A DNA stretch of 12,757 nucleotides from Fonticula alba ATCC 38817 (GCA_000388065.2 KB932209.1), one strand, 5' to 3'. Shown: positions 1 to 9,119, counted from the first letter of the stretch. Made by a program: numbers and translations. Notes: generated from the letters alone by a model not told the origin.

Positions 1-446
1 GCCGGGGGGGGGGGGGGGCGTCGTCCAAGGAGGGGCACACCGGCGGCGTGAAAGTGCCCGCAGTCCGGGGGCGCCGGGCAAGCAGCCCTGACCTCGGCTT
101 GCGGGCGAGCACATTCTCGCGTGCAGGGTCCCTCATTGTGTGGGCGCTCCTCTGACTGTGGAACGCCTGGCGGCTGGGGCTCCGCCCGGGGTGGGGGTCG
201 TTGTTTTGGTCTAATTTCGATCAGCCTTTCTCCTTTGTACTTGTCCCCGCCATCGGTGGCCGGAGATCTTGCGACAGCCACCGGCCAGGCGGGACATAGG
301 TAGCCACCCACCGGACCAGCCTCTTGGGCCCGGGTGCGGGGAACACCAGAGCACCCCCCAGTGGGGCGGCGGGCTGGTCGTGTGGGCGGGCGTGTGGGCA
401 TTGTCCAGGCCCCGGCGCCACCCCTCTCGCTCGGACTTTTGTGGGC

Positions 447-492
447 GGGGGGGGGGGGGGGGGGGGTGGGGGGGGGGGGGGGGGGGGGGGGG
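447..492 (+). repeat. Poly-G tract (G20-T-G25)
   Basis: Read directly from the sequence. Confidence 0.95.
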
Positions 493-1023
493 CGTTCGCT
501 CGGATGGGGGAGCGAGGCCCGGTCGTGGCGCGTCGCTTGTCCGAGGACAATGGTCGATGTGCGTGGTTCTGAGCCGGAGCCCGGGGCGCGGGGGCAGAGA
601 CTCGCAAGCAGCTGGAGCGGCTTGGAAAGGGCTTGCTAGATCTGGGCCGTCGGTGCCGGGTGCCCGAGCCTGTCTGGACACTGTGCTGCTCCGGCCGAGT
701 GGCCATTCGGTCGGGGGGCGTTGCGCTAGTCCAGGTGGCCGACCCGGCGCCCCCTCGGATCCCCCGGCGCCCCTCCCCTCCGGGAGGCACTTCGCCTGGC
801 CGTGTGTCGGTCCCGGCCGGTGACCCCCCCCCCCTCTGGCTTGCTCGGCGCCAGGGAGGTACAAAAGGACCAGTCGCCGGCGACTCGGACAGACAGGTCG
901 GCCATCTCTTCGCATTCGCATGTGCCTCCCTTCGCGGCTGGTCTCCTCCTTCCCGACCCCCCCCCCCTTCAGCCCCTTCGCCTGCGTTCTCGCCCGTGCC
1001 CTGGCAAACACCAGGCACAGATC

Positions 1024-1031
1024 TATATACA

Positions 1032-1066
<35 letters not shown>

Positions 1067-1089
1067 GCGCGCGCGCACACACACACACA
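1024..1089. repeat. Compound microsatellite (TA)/(CA)n-(CG)n-(CA)n
   Basis: About 65 nt of alternating purine-pyrimidine sequence. Confidence 0.95.
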
Positions 1090-1187
1090 GTCGACAGGTT
1101 CGACGCATTTCCGCCGTCACAAGACACACCCACGTCGGAAGTCCCCGGCAGGTGTCGACGCGTCCGGCACCACCACGCGCCTCGCCC

Positions 1188-2595
1188 ATGGGCCTCGTAC
1201 GGCCGGCTTCCGGACCAGGGCACACCAGCGCCTCCTGGGGGGCTGGCGTCCTGTTTGGCGGGATGCTGCGTCTGGGCGCCCTCCTCGGGGCGACCCTCCT
1301 TTGGAGCAGCGGCTGGACCTATGTCCGGGCCGCCCCGCCGCATGACGGGTCGGACTTGCTGCTGTACGCGTCGCCGCGGGCCCTTTCATCGGCCGGGGTG
1401 GCGTTGGACTTTGCTTCTCCCGCCGACGGGGTGACCGTCGGGCTGGACCTGAGCGACCACAACGAGGTGAACTTGTATCACCAAATGGATCACACTCTGG
1501 GCCTGGACACCGCACGGTGGGGCACCTTCTTCGATTGGCTCGGCGATGAGAGTATCTATGGTGCATATGCCAACATGCCTTTCAGCCAATTGATCGTGGC
1601 CGTGCTGCAGAATGGCCCCCAGCCGGGGGTCCTCATCAGACACACCGCCACGCAGGTGGCCCTGCTGCATGACTCTCAGGTGCACCAGTTGCCCGGGTCC
1701 CGGGCCGATATCCTGGCCATCTCGGGGCAGGATCCGAATTCGGCCCTGCTGTTGGTTGACGTCCTGTCGCCGGCGTCAGAGCGCCGGTTGAGCCTCCTCC
1801 ACCTGTCCATGGACGATGGGCTCCAAGAGGCCGGGCCGCCCCTGGATGTGACCATGACGGGGGACATCCTCTCGGTCGCCGGGGCTCTGGATACATTTTA
1901 CGCGGTGGTCGACGAGGCGTTGGTCATCCTGACCAGTGGCAGCCCGACGTCGATGGTCGTCCAGAGCATGTCCCAGCCGGAGGCGGTGGTGGCGATGGCG
2001 GCCACGCGCGTGGTCTCCCCGGACGATGGGACTTGCCCGGCGGACTTGATCCTCCTGCTGGACGATGGGGCGATCCATGTTCGGCCCTGCTTCGGGCATG
2101 ATCTCCCCCTCCTGCCGCGCATCCAGGGCCACTTGCCGGCCGAGGTGGACCACACCCAGCCCGGGCACTTCATCAATCCGCCGGCGGCATCCCTGCGCCA
2201 GCCCTTGGCCTTCATCTACTATGTGGGCTTCGCCGTGGGGTCCAACGGCCAGGCCGGCCTGTGGCGGGCGGATGTCAGCCCGACCGACGGTCTCACCTGG
2301 CGTGAGATCCGCCTGCCGGCCGTGGCCGATCCCCTGGAGGCTTCGCTCGTCCATTTGAAGATGACCCAGGCCGGGCCGCGGTGGATGCTCCAGGCCGCGG
2401 GGACCCTCCTGCTGGAGGCCCAGGAGTTGGGTTGCTCGCGGGATTCATCCATCATTTGCGATGGCCAGACTCCCGGTGGCCAGCCGCGGGCCCTGGGCTG
2501 GGAGTGTGTCCCCGGGCGAGCGGTGTCCGGGGGCGACTTCGCCAATCACCTTTGCTCCGGCTGTGCGGATGGGTATTTCCTCGACTGGGAGTCCG
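1188..2595 (+). CDS. Exon 1: signal peptide (about 1188-1331), N-terminal globular domain and start of the first Cys-rich cluster
   Basis: ATG at 1188 lies in ORF 633-2663. Hydrophobic stretch AGVLFGGMLRLGALLGATLLW ends in VRA|AP. Codons are GC3-biased. The exon ends CSGCADGYFLDWES at a GTATGC donor (2596). ORF sequence upstream of 1188 runs through a (CA)n repeat and is not credible. Confidence 0.72.
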
Positions 2596-5500
2596 GTATG
2601 CCGGCCGGCCGAGCCGCCCGCATGATGCTCTTTTTTTTTTCCGTCCGCACCTTGCGACACTGAACTGACCTTTTCATTGGCCCCCGCCCGCTCCCTTTCT
2701 GACCTTCCCCCCCCCCCCCCCCACTCCCTCCCCCGCGCGCAGCATCTTCAACCGCGAGGAGTACCTCGNNNNNNNNNNNNNNNNNNNNNNNNNNNNNNNN
2801 NNNNNNNNNNNNNNCCCCCCCCCCCCGCCCCCCCGCCCCGAATGTCGGCCTGCCACTCGGCTGGCGGGCATACACGGCCACCGGTGGATGAAGTCCCCCC
2901 CGGGACCATGGGGCCCTGTCGGGCCTGCTCGCAGGCCGGATGCCGCGTTTGCGATGGCCCCGATGGCTGCCTCATTTGCGAAGAGCCCCTCCTGGTGGAA
3001 GCCAGTGGCCCGGATGGGCGGGGCACTTGCGTGTCGACCTGCTCGAAGGGTTTCATCGAGAGTGGCTCCCTGTGCATGCGACAGCCCAATGCCAGTGAGA
3101 CAGCCTCATTGGCATTTGCGACGCTCGAGGAGGAGCTCATCGAATTCGACCCCCTGGTTGGTCCGCCGGATGTATCATGCATGGCCACCACCCAGATGAT
3201 GTGGTCGTTGAAGGGCCGGACATTGGTCATTCGGCCTGACAGCCTGGGGTCCACCTCGGCGACCGAGCCGCTCCCCGGGCAGGGGGTGTTCTTCTTCTTC
3301 GGCACTGGCCAGACATCGATCATGGCCAACAGCGACATCGGTGCCGGGGCGGCCGACCGGTCGGTGCCCCCGCCAGAGGTGGCCCTCTTCCGGGACCAGC
3401 AGCACAATATGTATGTCCGCCGGGCCGCCGAAGCCGGTCCGGTGGTGACCGACAGCCACATCTATCTGGGCTACATCCTTTGCACCTCGACCACCATCGA
3501 CCAGGTGGTGGTTGCGTGTGACCGGCGGGCGGCCGGCTCGAGTGGCGAGGCGCCGTGTGTTCGAACAAAGCGCGCCGCCTTTCCCCTTGTCGGTGTCGAG
3601 TCGTGCGATTGGATTCAACAGGTGGATCGCCAACATCTGGTGGTCCAACTTTACAGCGGCAAGCCCTTCTTGGCCACCTTCGACGGGGCGAAGTTCGACC
3701 TGACGCCCGGCCTGCTGGGCGACTGGTTCCACATGCCGACCCTGCCGCGGCCCTACCTGATGGCCGGGCCGGGTCAATTGGACCAGGCCGCCTGGTCCGG
3801 CATGTGGTCGAGGTATGGGAATATGTTGGTGGGCTTCCCGACGGAGCTGCTGGCGGCTCGGGCAGCGTGGGCGCCCTTCGGCACGCAGTATATCCAAGCG
3901 CCCGGGTCGCCTCATACTCCGCATAGCATGCCGACCATGGGCCCTTCCTCGTGGTCGGGCGTCGGCCGGCCGGCCCGGCAGATGGTCTTCAGCAGCATCG
4001 CCAATGGCGAGTGGCTGGTACACTATGCGCCCGGGGACATGGCGCCCCAGGGTCGGACGGGGGATTTGCCGACTCGCTGGCAGGTCCTCGGCCGGCTGCC
4101 GGCCGCGGCCTTGTTCCGAACGGACCACCAATTGGTGGTGGAAATCCCCGACCGGCCGGACACCCCGGCCTGCCTTGTCATGCTGCTGCCGAACCATGTG
4201 GGGGTGGCATTGTACCGGTGTGGCGAAAGTCCGACCGAGGCATGTCACTTCCTCCGGGCCACCTTCACGCCGCTGGAGCTGGGGCCCAATGCCGGGCATG
4301 TGGAGATGGATTTCTCCTCCCTCCTGGTGGTCCGGGCGGCCGGCGGGAGTACGCCCCATCCGCGGCACCTGGCGTCGTTGATGGTGGGCACCACCTCGAT
4401 GGAGTCTCCGGCCATGCACCTGGCCATCTATGTTCCCTGCCCGTCCGGGACCTTTGGGGATGCCTGCCAGCCGTGCGATGCGCGTTGTCGATCTTGCACC
4501 GGGCCGGGCCCCAGCGAGTGCACTGCGTGCCGCGCTCGACTGGCCCACCAGCCGGATGCCTGTCTTCCGAGTGGCACCTGCCCGGACACCATGTACCTCG
4601 ATGAGGAGGGCCTGTGCGGGTGCCATGACAGCTGTGTCGATTGCACGGGCGACCCGACGGCCGGCGTGCCCTTCGTGTGCACCGGGTGTCGGTCGGGCTT
4701 CGCCCGGGCCACGGGTGGCTTCGAGCCGGACCGGTGCTTTGCCTGCGCGAGCACCTGCGCCGAGTGCAGCCGCCCGGATGACCGGTTTGCCTGCACCGCA
4801 TGCCGGGCCGGGCACTTCCTCCATGCTGGGCAGTGTGTGGCCGCCTGTCCGATGGGCACCTGGGCCGATGGCAATGTCGCCCAGTGCGTGCCCTGTTCGG
4901 AGGGCTGTACCGAGTGCGTCGATGGCTTCTCCTGCGACGCCTGCCGGGAGGGCTTCTTCCAGCGGTGGGCCGGGGATCAGTGCCAGCGGTGCGATGGGTC
5001 GTGCGTCGAGTGCGAGGACGCCTTTTCCTGTTCGACATGCCAGCCGGGGCTGGTGTTCGAGAACGCCGGCCAGCCGGGCATGTCGAGACTCTGCGTGGCC
5101 ATCTGTCCCGGGCGGACCTTCCTCCAATCGGGCGCATGCGCCGCGTGCAATCGCGAGTGCATGCTCTGCTCGCAGGAGGCTCACTTGTGCGTGGCCTGCG
5201 CGTACGAATACCGGTGGGCTGCCGGGCCGCCGGTGGCCCCGGCTGCCGGGGCTTCGTGCGCTCCCTGTCCGGAGGGATGCGAGGCATGCACCGAGGATGA
5301 TCGCTGCTTGTCCTGCGTGTGGGGGTATTACCTGACCGAGGAGGGTGTGTGTGTTGATCAGTGTCCGCCGGGCACCTACCCGGACCACGCCAATGGCCGG
5401 TGCCTGCCATGCGAGGTGACGTGTGCCGAGTGCACCGGCCCAGTGTACTATCAGTGTACGGCATGCAGGCCGGGACTGGAGCTGGTCCCGGATGAGCATA

Positions 5501-7191
5501 ATCCCGAATCCGGGGGCACTTGTCAGTCCCCCTGCGCCGAGGGTGAGTATCCCGACCCGGCCGGTGACCAGTGCCTGGCGTGCGATGTGTCCTGTGCCTC
5601 GTGCAATGGCCCGAGCAATGGGGATTGCTGGCGGTGCCAAGATGCGGCGGATGTCCTCCAGGAGGGAGTCTGCGTGCAGGCCTGTGCCCCGGGCTATGTG
5701 GCCATTGACAGGCGGTGTCTTCCGTGCCATCGGTCGTGCGCGACATGCTCCGGGCTTCGGGCCACCGAGTGCACCGGGACCTGTCCGGAGGGGCTCTTCG
5801 CATTTGCCATCGACGTGGGTGCCATGATGTGCGTTGCCTCCTGCCCGGCCTCGAGCCGGGCTCAGGATGGCGAGTGCCAATTGTGCCCGACTGGGTGTCT
5901 GCGCTGCCCGGATGACCGGAATACCTGTACCCAGTGCGAGCGGACATACGCCCTGCATGGGGGCCAGTGCACGAGTTCCTGCCCGGAGGAGACGGCCCAC
6001 ATTGGCGGCGTCTGCCTCGCCTGTGAGGCCGGCTGTAAAAGTTGCCTCGGCCCGGCCGAGGACCAGTGCACGTCCTGCCTGGCGGAGGCGCCCCTGTGGG
6101 CGGAGTACCGCTGCATGGCCGCCTGTCCGGCGGGCAGCTATGCCGATGCGGAGGGCGCCTCCTGCATGCCGTGCCATGTCCTTTGCCAGGAGTGCTCCGG
6201 GCCGGGGGAGGATGATTGCACATCCTGCCCGGCCGAGCGGGTGTTCTTCCAGGAGAGCATGTGCTTGTTGGACTGCCCGGCGGGCTTCCACCGGGAGGAC
6301 CTGGCGCGTGGGTCCTCCCCGGCCGAGTCCGAGCCGGGGTGTGCTGCCTGTGACCCGAGTTGCCGCACGTGCGAGGGCGATGGGCGGTGTGCCAGCTGCC
6401 GGCGTGGGCAGGTCCTCCTGCCGGCGGGCACCTGCGGCGACACCTGCCCCGAGGGCTGGACCAAGTGCAGCATGGCCCACGAGTGCCGGGCCAATCCGCC
6501 CAATTGCGAGATCGGCCTGGCGGTGGGGGACGACGAGTGCACCATCCACTGTGTCACCTGCCGCAAGGGGTGGATCCTGTCGGCGGGGCGGTGTGTGACG
6601 GCCTGCCCGCCCGGGGAGTACCATGTCCCGGGCACGGGGCACTGCGCCGGGTGTGACAAGTCCTGCCGGAGCTGTGTCAACAGCGCCACCTTCTGCACCT
6701 CGTGCTTCCGTCAGGACCACTGGCTGCATGTTGGGGAGGGTGTCTGCGCGTCGGCCTGTCCGATGGTGGGCTTCGCGCCGGTGGGCCGGCCCCAGGACCG
6801 GGTGTGCCTGGCCTGCGGGGAGGGCTGCGAGCGGTGCACCGCGCCGGCCGACCAGCCCGGCTGCACGCCCCTGCCGGGGGGCCAGCTGGAGTGCCCCACC
6901 ATCCGGGGCTCGTGCGACCAGTGCACCGGTGCGCTGCATCTCCTGCATGGCCAGGAGTGCGTGGCCGAGTGCCCGCCGGGGACCTTCGCTGATCGGGATG
7001 CCCCGAATGCCCCGTGCGCGGTGTGCCACGAAAAGTGCGCCTTCTGTGACGGGCCCTCGGCCGAGGATTGCACCCGCCGCCCGAGCAGGAGCACCTCGAC
7101 CATCGGTACGCGCTCGGCTGGGTCTTTTGCCTGCTCTTCCTTCTCCCACCTGGGGGGGGGGTCCTTTGCCTGGGCGCTTGCTGACTGGTGT

Positions 7192-7229
<38 letters not shown>

Positions 7230-9003
7230 GCGGGACTCTGGGTGCTCGGGTGATCCCCGGGGGCCCGGGGCTTGACAGGGTTGATCGTCGGCGTGGTCGC
7301 CGGAGTGTTGTTGGTGCTGATTTTGCTGGCGATCGTGGTGGTGCTGTACCTCCGCCGCCGCGCGGCCAACGCCGCGGCCAAGAGTATCTTCGTACGTGTG
7401 GCTCCTGGCGCCCAGGCGTGCGATCGGCCTCCGGCTCGGCCGGGTGCTCGGGATGATTCTTCTTCTGTCTCTCCTTTTTCCGGCGCATCCTCCTGCCTGC
7501 CGGTGTGCCGGCCCGCCGACTGACCACGGGCCTTGGGCCAATCCCCCTCCCCCCCTATCTTTTTCCGGCACTTACGCGCCTGTGTGGCACTGCGGGCGAA
7601 GAGCGCAAATGGCTTGGAAGAAGGTGCGTGTCCTGGCTGTGGGGGTGATCGTGCTGGCCCGGGTGGCGCCCATTCGGTCGGGCGCATGGGCGCGGTGCTG
7701 TGTGGCCCGCATGCGTGTTATTTTGCTCCTTTTTTTTTCCCGCCCCCCCCCCTCTTTCCGCCCCAGTGGCCGGGCCTCCATACTGACCGGCTTCGGCGGC
7801 GGCGGCGGCGGCGGCGGCGCGCCCATCCCAGACTCGACCATGCTCAATACCTTTGTGGAGCTGGCCCTGCCGGGGTCCATCCTTGTGGACTTGTCGGTGG
7901 ACTTCCGGCCCCAGGAGGACGGCGGCCTCGGCCAGGGCGCCCAAGCGAGCGTGTACATCGCGGAGGCCGTGGGGACCGGGACTTCGGCGCGGCTGGGCTG
8001 CGCAGCCACGGTGGCCATCAAAGCCCCGCGGGCGGAGGCGATGTTGCCGATGGACGTGGCCCTCTTCCAAAATGAGGTGTCCCTCATGTGGCTGCTGCGA
8101 GACGCGCCGAATGTCGTCCGGCTCCATGGGTACAGCGAATCGCCGCCGGCCATTGTGATGGAGCGCTTCCAGGACAGCCTGGACACGCTGCTGGCCTCGG
8201 AGGTGCCGCTGACGCTGGCGCAGCGGCTGGACGTGGCCCAGCAGTGGGCCACCGGCCTGGAGGCCATGCATGCATATGGCGTGGCCCATTGTGACCTGAA
8301 GCCGGCCAACATCTTTGTCAGCCAGACGCCCGATGGCCGGTGGCATGCGGCCCTCGGGGACCTGGGCACCAGCCGGAATCTGAGCTCCGATCGCTTTTCC
8401 GCCCTGGTGGTCAGCCTGCCGCCCATCAATGCCATGACCGTGTGCTATGCCTCGCCGGAGCTCATTTCGGCCTTCAGCACGGGACGCAGCCTCGAGCGCG
8501 AGGCCTACCTGCCGGCGGACATCTTCGCGGCCAGCGTGGTCCTGTGGGGCTGCCTCACGCGGCAGGTGCCCTGGACTGGTGCGTGCCCCCGGTGACTGTG
8601 GCTGCCCGGCCTGGCAGGGTGGGCGGGGGGGGGGGGGATCGCTTTGCTTGTTGCTGCGTGCATTGCCGCGGTGTCGCGAGTGGCTAACATCCTGCATGCG
8701 GGCTCCTGGGGGGGCCAATCGGCCGGGCGGCCATGCTGCTCCCTTTGGCCTGGCTGGGCTGTCGGGCCAGGCCTGACCATGGACAAGGTCATTGCGCTGG
8801 TGCAGTCGGACAGCCGCCCGGACCTGGGCCGCGTGGCCGATGCCCTGGGTGGCCAGGTGCCCGGCATTGTGGATTTGATTGCGGCCTGCTGGCAGCCGGA
8901 GCCGGCCCGCCGGCCGGATGCCTCGACCTTGCGCCAGCAGTGCTCCATGTACTACATGCTGGTGAGCGATGGCGGGGCGGTGGCGGCCGGCGAATCGGTC
9001 TAG
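1188..9003 (+). CDS. Multi-exon single-pass receptor-like protein kinase (TKL-type) with furin-like Cys-rich ectodomain. Model: 1188-2595, 2894-7105, 7279-7391, 7602-7623, 7832-8578, 8771-9003 (6735 nt, 2244 aa)
   Basis: Signal peptide, CxxxCxxC repeats, TM helix and kinase motifs occur in order on the + strand. The GT-AG introns have compatible phases (1,1,0,1,1) and the joined length is divisible by 3. The first junction is uncertain because of the N gap. Confidence 0.85.
2596..2893 (+). other. Intron 1 (3' end uncertain; may contain an extra exon in or near the gap)
   Basis: GTATGC donor, T-run, CTGAC at 2665 and 2698, poly-C tracts. Candidate acceptors are CAG 2742 and AAG 2893. Confidence 0.55.
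2769..2814. other. Assembly gap (46 N)
   Basis: Run of N, with poly-C immediately after it and a C-rich tract shortly before it. Confidence 1.
2894..7105 (+). CDS. Large exon: end of Cys cluster 1, second globular domain (about 3076-4437), furin-like repeat array (4438-7071), juxtamembrane linker
   Basis: Part of ORF 2677-7275. It has 17 CxxxCxxC units with CPxGxY/F linkers and ends at a GTACGC donor (7106). The 5' boundary (AAG 2891-2893, the first AG after the gap, in phase) is inferred. Confidence 0.88.
7106..7278 (+). other. Spliceosomal intron (173 nt)
   Basis: GTACGC...CTGAC(7181)...(GCC)12...CTTGACAG. Removal fuses the Cys array in frame to the TM helix. Confidence 0.88.
7192..7227 (+). 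repeat. Intronic (GCC)12 microsatellite
   Basis: Read directly from the sequence. Confidence 0.95.
7279..7391 (+). CDS. Transmembrane exon GLIVGVVAGVLLVLILLAIVVVLYL-RRR
   Basis: CTTGACAG acceptor at 7278, phase 1 matching the 7106 donor. About 25 hydrophobic residues followed by a basic stop-transfer RRR. GTACGT donor at 7392. Confidence 0.88.
7392..7601 (+). other. Spliceosomal intron after the TM exon
   Basis: GTACGT donor, in-frame stop at 7521-7523, pyrimidine tracts, CTGAC at 7520, AAG acceptor (inferred). Confidence 0.6.
7602..7623 (+). CDS. Putative 22-nt micro-exon (SANGLEE+G)
   Basis: Converts phase 0 (donor 7392) to phase 1 (acceptor 7831), giving ...LEE-D-STMLNT. Donor GTGCGT at 7624, acceptor AAG at 7599-7601, branch-like CTTAC at 7571. 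Confidence 0.55.
7624..7831 (+). other. Spliceosomal intron before the kinase exon
   Basis: GTGCGT donor, T/C tracts, TACTGAC at 7781, (GGC)8, CCCAG acceptor. Confidence 0.7.
7795..7818 (+). repeat. Intronic (GGC)8 microsatellite
   Basis: Read directly from the sequence. Confidence 0.95.
7832..8578 (+). CDS. Kinase exon, subdomains I-IX
   Basis: LGQGAQASV (7927), VAIK (8011-8022), NEV alphaC Glu, HCDLKPAN (8287), DLG (8359), YASPE, ADIF. CCCAG acceptor at 7831, GTGCGT donor at 8579. Confidence 0.92.
8579..8770 (+). other. Spliceosomal intron within the kinase domain (192 nt)
   Basis: GTGCGT...GCTAAC...GCCAG. Removal restores QVPWT-G-LTMDKV. Confidence 0.88.
8771..9003 (+). CDS. Terminal exon, kinase subdomains X-XI to stop TAG
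   Basis: CAG acceptor at 8770 (phase 1) after branch GCTAAC at 8683. Encodes DLIAACWQPEPARRP, the typical CW...RP subdomain XI. Stop at 9001-9003. Confidence 0.88.
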
Positions 9004-9113
9004 GACACGTGCGCCTCGGCGCTTTCGCGCGGGGAGGCCCCGCCGCCGGTGGAGGCTTCTCGATGTCGATGGCGGCACCTCCCCTCGGCCCGGTGCCGTC
9101 GGTAGTCGTGGAC

Positions 9114-9119
9114 AATAAA
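9114..9119 (+). promoter_or_regulatory. Candidate polyadenylation signal AATAAA
   Basis: Canonical hexamer 110 nt after the stop codon, in otherwise very GC-rich DNA. Confidence 0.45.

Noticed and set aside
633-1187. N-terminal extension of ORF 633-2663
   Set aside because: It translates poly-C and (CA)n (HTHTHT). The signal peptide begins at ATG 1188 or 1263.
7106-7275. Poly-Ala C-terminus and stop of ORF 2677-7275
   Set aside because: Read-through into an intron containing (GCC)12; splicing links in frame to the TM exon.
3175-7527. 1450-aa antisense ORF
   Set aside because: It is in the same codon register as the sense CDS. GC3-rich genes avoid TTA/CTA/TCA, which leaves the antisense frame open. 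The translation has no domain signal.
7396-7831. N-terminal part of the 399-aa kinase ORF, including poly-Gly
   Set aside because: Mostly intronic sequence with T/C tracts and (GGC)8; the kinase exon starts at 7832.
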